Shown here in pieces: positions 53,005-64,000 of a DNA stretch of 64,000 nucleotides. Both the position numbers and the translations under genes were made by a program. Every line of letters begins with the position of its first letter. The first letter of the stretch is position 1. Below the pieces are notes generated by a model. That model worked only from the letters and a program-made list of their open reading frames with translations. It had not been told where the DNA came from and searched no databases. This stretch comes from Paragordius varius (lineage: Eukaryota; Animalia; Nematomorpha), in assembly GCA_964247055.1 (NCBI GenBank), contig OZ176050.1, positions 4,402,001 to 4,466,000 on the forward strand, in the 5' to 3' direction.

Positions 53005-55558
53005 TCTTTAAATTGGACTCTTGATTAAATTTCTCAGTTTAGTGGGAAATGGAAAGTTCATAACTAAGAAATATACAATAAATAAATTAGGAAATATTGA
53101 TGATGATATATACAATAATGAAAATTAATATTAAATCCACGTGAGAATAGATAAAGGAAAAAAGTGATCGGGTAATGTAAATATACTTTTCGAAACACTA
53201 ATTAAAGTTAATCACAAATTTATATTTGAGTTCAAGTAGATGAAATATTATATTCATACAATATTTATTGTCTATATACTTTGATTAGAATGGGATTATT
53301 TGTGGATATATAAAAAATAAATAAATATGGATAAGGATTAATGTGACTCATTTGAAAAAAAATAATTTGAGTAAATTTTAATATTTAAAAAAAATTAATT
53401 CCATTGAATCATAATTGGTTCTATTAAATTTTGTGGAAATGCTTGAATTTATATAATTTTGTCAAATAGTAAATAACCACGACGACGATGTTTGCTACAT
53501 GAGATATAAAATTAGTGTTTTACATTTATAAATTACCTTACAAAATAGTAAAATGTAAAAAACAACTGTTTTATATAAAAGGAAAAAATGTTACAATGTA
53601 TGCTAGAGTAACATTAACATAAATGTTTAAATTTAAAGTAAAAAATGAGTTTTTTATTTGCCATATAGCATACAGAAAGCCATGAGAGACATCGATCAAT
53701 TTTTGCTAAAACTACCTTTTATCATAGCATTAAATGTAAGGGTATTTGTTGTCCTAATGTGTAATGTGAATTTTATTTTCTTGTTTTTTAGGTTATTTTG
53801 TTGTTGTTTTAGGCTAAGATGACATGTCAGTATAAGAAAACCCCTATTTCTTTTGTACAATACATGTACACACAGTAGTGTATGGCAACAAACAACAAAT
53901 GGTTAAAATTAAATAATTTTTTTCCTATCTTTTATCATCAATTTTGTTAATTTAATTATGGACAATATTTATTAATATCATATATGCTAGTGTAAAAGGG
54001 GGTAAAAAAATTTAATGCTTTTTTTCTCATGATGATGAAAAAATGCATGGTGCCAAAAAGCAGACACGAATGGAAGAAAAAGGCTAAATTGGGGATTAAA
54101 AATTATAATCGATCCAAACTAAAAATAACTTCAGCTATTTATATTTCCAAAGGGAATTTAATAAAAGACTCGTTTAAGATGATTGATATTAAAGATAAAA
54201 ATTTTTTTTACTATTTTGAGTTAAGGTCAAGATAAAGATCTAATTCCAAATGAAGCGTAAAAGGTATATAATGAGGGGTTTAAAATGTTTAATTTTATGT
54301 GGTCAATTATGTATGGTAATTCATAATTAAAAATTCTAGTATAGTTAAATTTTCACATGAGTAAACTGTAAAATATTTGTTGAGTATAATTTTGAAATTA
54401 TGATTTTAGTTGACTAAGAAAAAACCTAAAAATAAAATCCTTATCACATGATAAAAATATAAAACACGTGTATTGGATAACCCCTTAAATTTTCAGTAAT
54501 AAAGTAATGATAAACATTTTTAAAAAATTTTAGATTATTATGTATTAATCTTATAATCCTCTATCAAAAATTATATATCAAAAATAGATATATAATCGCA
54601 AACATAACAAAAATTCCTTATGTGAGGTTTTATTTTGCGAAAGTTGGGTCGATATTTTCATATTTGGATGACAAAAATTTAAGTACACTAGACATCTGAG
54701 TGTAGAAACTCTAGCTTACATGCGAATCTGATACAATGATGTCAATATTACAAAAAAAATAAAATTTACATAAAAAATGCCTGCACGATCTAATAAAACA
54801 GTTCTATTTGCCTTACAGATTTAATATATAATTTTATTCTGAAAATTGTAAAGTTTATGAGTATAAGCAAATATTGATATAAAATTATATATGAGATTTG
54901 CCTGGGTTTAATTATTAAAGTAACTGTATATATTTACCTGTTTGCAGGATAATTTTTTGGGGATATATCTCAAAAAAAATATTTCAAAAATAAATTCATA
55001 AATATACGATATCAATAAAAAAAATTTGAAAAAAAATGCTAAATGTTAATATATAAAATGTTTAGCATACGTTTTTTTTATATTTTTATCTTTTGCTATT
55101 TTTTCCTTTTATACTTTGTTTGTTGCGAACAGCGCACATTTCTATGAATATGTATAAGGGAAATTTTTTGTTTGTATCAAACTAAACCAACTTTTTTATA
55201 TTGTAACATTAAATTTTATGCAAATGTTTTAATGCACATAAACAATTTTTGTTCTCTCCCACATTTGTGGAACAAGATTTTTTCCATTTTTATGCATAAA
55301 ATTATAAATTATATAAATGAATATTCATAAATTTTTTGATATTAAATAAATATTAAGCGCTAAGCAATTTTATATTAACTTTTTAAACTTGAAATCTTGG
55401 GTGTAAAAATGAATCTTCAAACATTCCCATATTCAAGTTAAAATAACCAAACTCAATTAAATTTAACTTCACAACACTGCCTTTGTTCATATTGATATGT
55501 ATGGACGAGTCTTTATTTAAATATCTTATGTATGGTACACTCCTATAAATACGTTTGT

Positions 55559-55601
<43 letters not shown>

Positions 55602-55811
55602 CTATAAGTTATACAAAAAATTCCATTTAATATAGCTTTAGGGTTGGGTTTTTTAGCTCAAAAAATACCATCAGTCCACAGTCATAATTATTATTAAATT
55701 AATATACAAACGCAATACGAACAAACTAAAAAGGGCTAACCAAAAGATGTTTATAGTGAGATATACTTATTTTATAATAATTAATTTTCTAGTATATATG
55801 GCAATCTTTTA

Positions 55812-55973
55812 CAGTAGCGTATGCAGTAAAAGATTGTTAGTGCAAAATAATCTTAATAGGGGGATATTATGGATATGTTTATAAATAGGACTTTAATATA
55901 TGAAAATTGTCCCCCTGTTTTGTGTTCATTAAGATTATTTTGCACTAACAATCTTTTACTGCATACGCCACTG
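55812..55973. mobile_element. Young 162-bp TA-flanked MITE
   Basis: 46-bp TIRs with one mismatch: TA|CAGTAGCGTATGCAGTAAAAGATTGTTAGTGCAAAATAATCTTAAT ... ATTAAGATTATTTTGCACTAACAATCTTTTACTGCATACGCCACTG|TA. Confidence 0.9.
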
Positions 55974-56212
55974 TATTTTGAATAGCATCTGACTGCCACT
56001 AAATCATCTTGTTTGCAAAGAAATATCATTCATCATCAGTGGCAAAAAAACTAAAAGTTTCCCGTTGTTAATATTTAAATAAATCCTCCTAACAAATTCG
56101 AAAGGCCCTATTCCTCTGACTCATCAAAAATTGAAAAGTGGGCTTTTTTAAAAATGATGGACGCATTTAATACAATAATGGATATTTTTTATTTTCTATC
56201 GACCGTTATCAA

Positions 56213-59200
56213 TAAGGTGACCAGATTTTTTGAAGGAAAAAGCGGGACAAATCTGTGAGGGGGGTCATTGGGGGGGGGGGGGTACAACCAAAAATTTTTA
56301 TACAAAAAATTTATTGTAATATTTATTTATTTTTAACACAAATACATTATAAATATAAAAAAATTTGTACCTTACAGGTTATTTGTACCTTATTTAATAT
56401 ATTTAGTGCACGAACAAAGGGTGAAGTGATTGTAATATTCTAGAAAAAAATAATAAAGACGAAATCATCACAAAGTGCGCTGGGTGACGCAAGAAGCGGC
56501 ACAAAAAATATTTTTAACAATTTAGCGAATAATCTTAATCAAAACATTATTGGCAGATACACAACGCTATTCAAACAGCTACTGATTTGTTACCCCTGGA
56601 TGTGGAAAATATAGATGTTAAAATGCTTGGATATTGTAGAACTGTTGGTTAGCTCTTTTGCCAGTGATTGAAATATTTATAAAAATGTGATCTCCTAGAA
56701 TCCTATTTTTTATCACAGGACAAAGGTCAAAATTCCAAGTCAAAAAAGGTTAGAGAATAATTTTATACCATTACCTAATCGCAATATTATAAAGCATCCA
56801 GAAAAACAAGGCTCAATAGATAGCCAGAATATAAAAATGTTTTATACAAAGAAACGATTATTTGGAAGACAAGACGGTGCACAATGACACTTTTTTATGA
56901 ACATTATTAAATAAATATATTGAATGAAAACTTATATTATGGACAATAGAAAAAAATACGTAGGATAGAAATGGTTAAAATAATCATTTTTAAACAAATT
57001 ATGTTCCATACAATAATATTTTAATTGTAGAATTTGTATCTTTACCTGAACCACTGCTATTGAACGCGTTTTTCCACAGTAAATTAAGTAAGGAAAATCA
57101 AGTTTAAATGTTGAATAAGTGCCATTTTATGTGTTCAAATATAATTTGACAAATTATGTAGACTTATACAATATTTTAAGTAATTTTGTTTATTTTTTTA
57201 CATAAAAACTTTATAAATATAAGAAATATATTTTATTCTTTGGTATATTTTTTGTTTGAGTGAATGCGTTTTAGCAGATTGTCATCATTTTTTAAAATAT
57301 TGTAGAAGTATTCACATCAAATTATATTTGACAGATAAAACGGCCTTTAAAGGTTCAACATTTAAATTTGATTTTTCCGATGTCCACACCTGATTTACTG
57401 AGGAAAAAACGCGCTCAGTAGCAGCGTTGGTTCCAGGTAAAGATATGAATCCAAAATTTTTTAAATATTATTTGTAAATAGAGTTGGCTTCAAAATGATG
57501 AAATATTTCCAACCATTTCTTTTCTACTGTATATTTTTTTGTCCATAATTTAAGTGTTTCATTATTTGTATATCTTTTAACTAAGAATTTTTGGGAACAG
57601 ATATAATCAAATGATTTTTGAACATCGCACCAATTAAATTATGGTTTTAATGTTATCCAATGAAAATGATCAATTTCATTGAATTTCGTCGTCCAGTCTT
57701 CCAAATATCTTTACAGTTTGTATAAAACATTTTTATATGGTACAGGATATCTTGGCGATTTATTAAGCCTTGTTTTTCTAAATTATTTATATTGCGGATG
57801 GTTAATGGTATAAAATTATTTTCTAACCTTTCTTGACATTGGAATTAGGTTCTAACTTAATTGACTAATTCAATTGCCGAAATTTTGTCACCTTCTATCA
57901 ATTTAATAACATTTTGAAAGAGAGAAGCTTGATTATGTAGGGACTCTAACCATATTTTTGAAGAATCACTTTCAAAAAACTTTTCCAAAGTTGTAGGACA
58001 TTTGTCCTATGATAAAAAATAGGATTTAAAAGGATCATACATTTTTAAAATCGATAGCTGGCAGAAGAGCTAACCAATGAGTTTTACAATATCCAAGCAT
58101 TTTTTGATATTGAACTTCTGCATTTTCACAGAATTCCTTAAGCGTTTCAACGCGTACCGTGTATATATAAAAAAGATATATATTTTAATAACTAAATTTT
58201 CCACATCTAGGTGTAACAAATCAGTAGCTGTTTGAATAGCGTTGTGTAAATGCGCTGCACACCCAACGCCAATAATGTTTTGATTAAGATGATCTGTAAT
58301 TTATGAAAAGTATTTTTTGTACCCCTCCTTATTTTTCCACCGAAGTTCGTAATGGTATCAGCGCAATATGCGATGATTTTGTCTTTTAAATTATTATTTT
58401 CTAAAATATTCATTATTGAAGTAAAACGTATGTCGGAATTTACACCGGGTAGCGAAATAAAATCTAAAATTTTAATTACTCCAGTTTCTGGATCAAAATA
58501 TCTTATTAAAGTGGGAAATAATTTTGTTTCCTTGTGAGATGCATCAAAGTATAGCGATATGAAATTAATTTTTAGTAAATCTTTTTGTATTTCAGAAAAT
58601 GCATGTGGCGAAAGGACATTGCATTCAATGGCTTCAGCCCTTGTACGGGTACATGTAAATTTTTTATTGAATTAGGTGCGAATAACCTGTGAGGTACAGT
58701 CCATAGATCTAAAGGAATGATTGTGATTAACGGCGTGAAAAGATAACACGCCCTCAGCTAGTGCCAAATTCTTTTCTTCCTCCCCAAAAGCGGTTTTTCG
58801 AAAAAAATCGCTCATTTTGTAAGATGATGCCGCCATATCTAAACATTTTTTATGTTTCTGTGTTTCCATATGCTTTGTAATATCATGCTTGCCGCCATGT
58901 GCTAGGGTGAATTCCCCCTCGCATATAAGACATTTAACAGATGATTTATTCTTCGTTTTTTTGATAAAAGGAAAATCTTTCATTAATTCATCGTTGAATT
59001 TACAACCTCTTTTTGTGCTCATATTTATAAAATACTATTAGCATAATAAATATTATATTACCTTAATTTTCTCGAATAAACGTGTAAGGTACCGATTTGT
59101 GGTATCAATTTGTCTTTTAAGCGACCGATTTGTGGTATTAATTTGGCTTTTTGATATGTTAGCAAGTAATAAAACTAAAATATTAGCATAGTAAATATTA

Positions 59201-59543
59201 TATTACCTTAATTTTCTGAAATAGACGTGTAAGCTACCGATTTGTGGTATTAATTATTTTAATCTAGAGATTTGTGGTATTAACTTGGCTTTTTAATAAT
59301 GATGACAGTAGTAGTAGGAAGCAAAGTGTATAATCATATGATATAAATTCGAAAAAAATAAATATTTTAATTTAAAAATAAAAAATTTTAATTTAAAATT
59401 GAATAGATTTTAAAGATATTTAATGATAAAAAATATAAACGGATAAAAAAATTTATTTGTATTAAAAAATTTTTTTTTTATATAATCGTGAAAAAGCGGG
59501 ACGCGGGACAAAGTGTGAAAAAGCGGGACGTCTGGTCACCTTA
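56213..59543 (-). mobile_element. hAT transposon (Blackjack-like) with a degenerate transposase and an internal inverted duplication
   Basis: TIR TAAGGTGACCAGA / TCTGGTCACCTTA; perfect 8-bp TSD GTTATCAA. The minus-strand transposase runs 59022 to ~57240: Zn finger CLIC...HGGKHDITKH, DASH, CADTITNFGG, GVGCAAH, LPGTNAATERVF. It has an in-frame TAA at 58672 and frameshifts. A plus-strand degenerate copy of its 3' half lies at ~56458-57180. Confidence 0.93.
59036..59295. repeat. ~145-bp tandem duplication in the hAT 5' subterminal region, with four GATTTGTGGTAT motifs
   Basis: TATTAGCATA..AAATATTATATTACCTTAATTTTCT occurs at 59036 and 59181. Confidence 0.8.
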
Positions 59544-61006
59544 GTTATCAAGCCACTTCATGAATCACATCTTCGGTTCAGCTTTAAACTCCTTATAATT
59601 CATGATCTGAAAATAATTTTACCAAAACATGTATGCAATAATGCTGGTTCTTCCAATTATTTATATTATATTTATGAGAAAATTTGAGTTGATTTTTCCA
59701 AAAATAACCTTAAAATCCAATTTATAATAAGAGTTGCTTAAAGGCTAAATTGAACAAAATATATGTAACATGGAACCGTTTTAGTTCCAGAAACTGATGT
59801 TATCGCTTAAAAATTAAAAGGCACACACAAATCAATACGGTGGTTAGAAACAGTCTAGTTAATGCATATATTTATTCATATTATTGCAGAAAAATTATAA
59901 CGCCTTTTACAAAATCAATGATCGAACACATCACAGCTGCGGGTTACAACCTAAATTGACACTTTTTATAAAACTTCAACAATGTTTAAACCAAATTCAA
60001 CACTTATAATCTCAACATTTTTTTATTCAAACCCTACAGCTATTGTTAATTAACCAAATTATATTTAAATTAAGCATATATTAAAAGTTTAATAAGAATT
60101 TAGATTAATTAAAATTCTGAAGTTGTTATCTAAATATTCAATTTATTAAAATGCATGGTTGTTAAAGTTTCGAGTCTAAAAGCGTGGGTTATAGTTTAAA
60201 AATTATAACCTTAAAGCTAATTAAAAATATATATGTTGACTAAGAAATAAGGTAACAACATTATTGATAAGGGACTAAAATTACTTAATAAATTTTTAAA
60301 ATGCTAAAAAATAATTTTATGATGATTTGAGTTTGAAATAAAAAGTTTGAGTTTGACTGGAAAAGTGTGTAAGGTGGAGAAGTGTTGGATTTGGTTGAGA
60401 AAATGAGTTTACTTGAAAAAATATTGAGGAAATTGGAAAAGTGTTGAGTTTAAATGAAAAAGGGGTATATTAATACCAAAAATTCGATAAAATATAAATT
60501 GTAATTATTTGTTAATTTTGACTGGTTATTTTAAATGGTAACAGTCATGATCGTATTTGAATTGGTTGAAGCATATTAGGTTACTAGCGGGGGGGGGGGG
60601 GGGTGGGAGCATTTTTGATTTTATAAGCAATTTTGTTATGCGGCACGAAGTTTTAAAATGATTCACATAGTCTCATATTCTGAAATTTGGCTCCAAAGGC
60701 ATGCTGTATCGATATGATGGCGCAGTTGTAGGCGGGTAGCCCCCTATGCAGATCAATATAAAAATGTAGGTAGATAAAAAAATTTGCCTTTATACCTGGA
60801 ATAATCGTTTATTCCTAGTAGTTTATGGAAGAATAGCTTCAAAACTAAATAATAGTTCAATGATAGCGCATTTTTTAGGGACTTAAGGGCCTATTTAACG
60901 GCTAATTCAAAAAACCCGCTCGAGTTTTTGACTTTTTACGGGTAATACTTTGAGCAGCTATTAAACTCAGCACGCTATTTCGATATGACGGGTCAATTTT
61001 TCGCTA

Positions 61007-61622
61007 TTAGCTCCTTACCCAGCAGCTACCATCAAAAAAACGCTTGACTAAAATTTTTGCCATTCAACAGGGAATTCGTAGAATCCTTATTGAATTTTAA
61101 CGGTCTCATACCTTTGGCGAAAAATAGATTCAAAAAATTATTTTTGTGGACTTAATTTTTTTGAAAAAAATGGCATTTTATGGGGGGAGCGGGTAAAAAG
61201 AGGGCCTAAATTAAAAAAGCAGGCCGACTTTGTTCGGTGCAATCGAAAATGGGTAAAAAAAATCATATTTGACATCGAATGGTTTAACACTTTCTCCGGA
61301 AAATTGTCTCAAAGACACCCGATTTTTACACGGGGTGGACCCGAACGCGGGGCATATTTCAAAATTAGGGCGAAGCTATTGTCGGGGCATTCACTAATGA
61401 TTATATTTTTTCGATATTTGGATTTGAATGGGTCTACCGGTTTTCCGGTACCAGATCACAAAGCCTTATGGCGGATTAGTTTTTAGAGGGTAGCTCCTTA
61501 CCCAGCAGCTATCATCAAAGAAACGCATGACTAAAATCCTTTTAACAGGGAATACGTAGAATTCTTATTGAATTTTTACGGTTTCATACCTTTGGCGAAA
61601 AAAAGATTCAAAAAATTATTTT
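61007..61622 (-). repeat. Reverse-oriented copy of the Helitron internal ~490-bp unit (about 1.3 tandem units)
   Basis: Reverse complement of 6850-7350; AGCTCCTTACCCAGCAGCTA occurs at ~61010 and ~61493. No Helitron termini were recognised. Confidence 0.85.
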
Positions 61623-62800
61623 TTAACATTAAACTCGTAATTTTGAGAATTAAAGGTTTTAGATATGAAGCCATGTATTTTATATCATTCGAAAGAGCGC
61701 AAAAAACTGTATCTTTTAAATGGTAGTAGGTCATTTAAATCAATCGGATGTAAAAGTTATTTGGGTTTAAATGGTCAAAATTTTTAATCCTTAAATAAGT
61801 CAAAAATTTTCACAGACAAACTAATTTTAAAATCATATAAATTATTTTAATATAATTATTCGGGTTATATTAGTATTTAATTTAAAAAAAATGTTGAAAA
61901 AGCTTTTGGTTTACTTTTACTAAAAATTATTATTTTTATAAATATTTTACCTAGTGGATACTAGAAATGTAAACTTATAACTGTAAATTTATTACATAAT
62001 GGCTAGAAAAGATTAAAAATATCTTAAACTTTGTTTTTATCTTTAAATTTTCGAAATTATCAGCCTCGTAAAGAAAATAAATTAATATTGAGATGGTAAT
62101 TTTTAAAAAAAACAAAAAACTCAAAATGACTGTTTTGAGCGACATAAAAGCAATAAAAAAATGTTTTAATCAAAAAAACTTTCTGTTACCTTTTTTGGAC
62201 ATTCATCACCATCTAGACAAAGTTTGAGCTATTTTCATCCATTAGTTTCAAAAATATATTAATTAAAAAAAATAGCTCTCGCTTCGCGCGTTTGTCGCTT
62301 TCTGTGTCCAAACTGTCGATTTAATTCATATTAGTATACATTTTATAGAGTTTTATTACTCTTTCAAATGATATATTACAAATAGGCATTGCTTGTATAT
62401 TTTCAAAGAAAAACATTTTTTAGTAAAATTTTGATAAAGAGGGCGCATAATCAAAAAAATCAAATTATACAAATACGTGGAGTTTAATTTTATTTCAGAT
62501 TTACTGTTAAAATGATACTAAATATCAGAAAATGCAAAAAACTCGAGTGGCAGAAAAATTTGTTGTCCAGTGTTATATTCCGCCCTTGTACTAGGCATTT
62601 CTGTCAAAATCTGATATATTTTTTGTTTATTAAGTTCGGCGCTTGCACTGGGAAGTTCCTGAATTCTGTGAAGATCTGGTCTGGTTCTTTATACATATAT
62701 GATATTTTGTTTTTTCTATACATTAAAAATCAAAGGATATTTATATTTAATATCATACATATTGTTTCAGAATTATTAATAGAAAATATCACACTTATTA

Positions 62801-63855
62801 CAGTCATGTAGACTTAATTTTATCAAAAATTTACTTTTTTTCGTTAAATGGGTATTAATATTTGGTAAAAAAATATAAAAACAAGAGCTATCTGGTATAT
62901 ATCATATTTTTTAAAAAAGTAAAAGAAGTGTGAGGGAAGGGCGTCGGAAATCTTTGGTAAAAAATGAAAATACACTAACTATTAACCCTTCATTTAAAAT
63001 TATTGTACAAAAGGGTTAAGAAAATCGTAATTTTTATCTCAATTATAATTTTTTTGTTTTGATATGGGAACGATTTTAAAAGATGCAATATTAAATAATC
63101 ATAAAATTAAAATCTTTAAAAAATATATCAAAACCATTGTAAAATTTTGCACTATATAACAGTAATAAACTGAAATTTATAAAAAAAATATATTCAATAC
63201 TTGAATACTTATTTTAAGCTAACGAAAGGTAAAAATTTAGTCAACGTGACATGTGTTTAATGGTAAAATTGAAAAAATAATACTTATAAACCGCTTTATC
63301 TATTTCCATCAATGTTAGATGTAATTTAAAAAAAGCTACAATTTTACCCTTAACACTAAATGAATACGACATTTTGCAAATATCTTGTAAGATAAAAATG
63401 GCGTCGAAGTTGTTTGACATGTAACTTTTTTTTTAAAACAAATTTTTTTTAGATATTTTGGCATATTTATATAATTTTTATTAGGAATCATAAATTTAAA
63501 TTGGGACCGTTTCTTTCACTAATTTATTAAAAATACTAAATCAAATTTAATCTGGGGTATATTTGGATACCTCAATTTGAATCTAGGTGTTAAATAAAAA
63601 TTTTATCAAAAAAAATAATATATAAAATTTTGCTAAAAAATTAACAAAAATATTACCATTCCCCTTTAACAATATTTTAAGATTTTCATTTTTTACCAAA
63701 GATTTCTGACGCCCTTCCCCCACACTTCTTTTACTTTTTTAAAGAATATGATATGGTAATACCATATAGCTCTTGTTTTTATATTCTTTACCAAATATTA
63801 ATACCCATTTAACATAAAAAAGTAAATTTTTGATAAAATAAAGTCTACATGACCG
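62801..63855. mobile_element. TA-flanked TIR element with ~170-bp TIRs, containing a truncated family B MITE (~63175-63589)
   Basis: TA|CAGTCATGTAGAC ... GTCTACATGACCG|TA; GAAGGGCGTCGGAAATCTTTGG vs CCAAAGATTTCTGACGCCCTTC. The internal segment ends GGTG|TTAA like family B. Confidence 0.85.
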
Positions 63856-64000
63856 TATATTGCTTGTACTGGGCATTTCTGTCATCTGATATATTCTTTG
63901 TTTTTAAAAGACAATGGATATTTATATAAAGTTTCCATATGTTTTAATAAATATATTACTATTATTTTAGAGTAGCACTATTGAAGGAAAGGGACCCATT

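Noticed and set aside
62583-63910. ~45-bp direct repeat (CTTGTACT.GGCATTTCTGTCA..TCTGATATATT) following two different TE ends
   Set aside because: Too long and divergent to be a TSD. Most simply a small local duplication, with no further structure seen.

Overview
This is very AT-rich animal (metazoan, probably protostome) nuclear DNA from a fast-evolving lineage; the taxon cannot be fixed from the sequence alone. Six intron-split genes can be reconstructed by hand: the 3' part of an SLC18 vesicular amine transporter resembling Drosophila portabella (+, 2441-9212), an FGF8/17/18-like ligand with a long C-terminal tail (+, ~10785-15421), CAND1 (+, 21168-39865, 32 exons), TMEM230 (-, 39934-40311), PIGU (+, 42572-47117) and an RNF38/RNF44-like RING-H2 ligase (-, 48767-53004). 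Introns and intergenic DNA are packed with DNA transposons: two hAT relics with exact 8-bp TSDs, a Tc1/IS630-like transposase fold-back, piggyBac-type TTAA MITEs, TA-flanked MITEs and a Helitron. The most striking signal is a class of ultra-short GT-AG introns. Eleven are 22-27 nt and one is 33 nt; all are needed to restore conserved reading frames. They sit in the same genes as 0.1-4.7 kb TE-filled introns, cluster at gene 5' ends, and are all either non-multiples of 3 or carry an in-frame stop. A second theme is transposase genes that have become long inverted duplications, which are potential hairpin-RNA sources. All alignments to known proteins were made from memory, not by database search.
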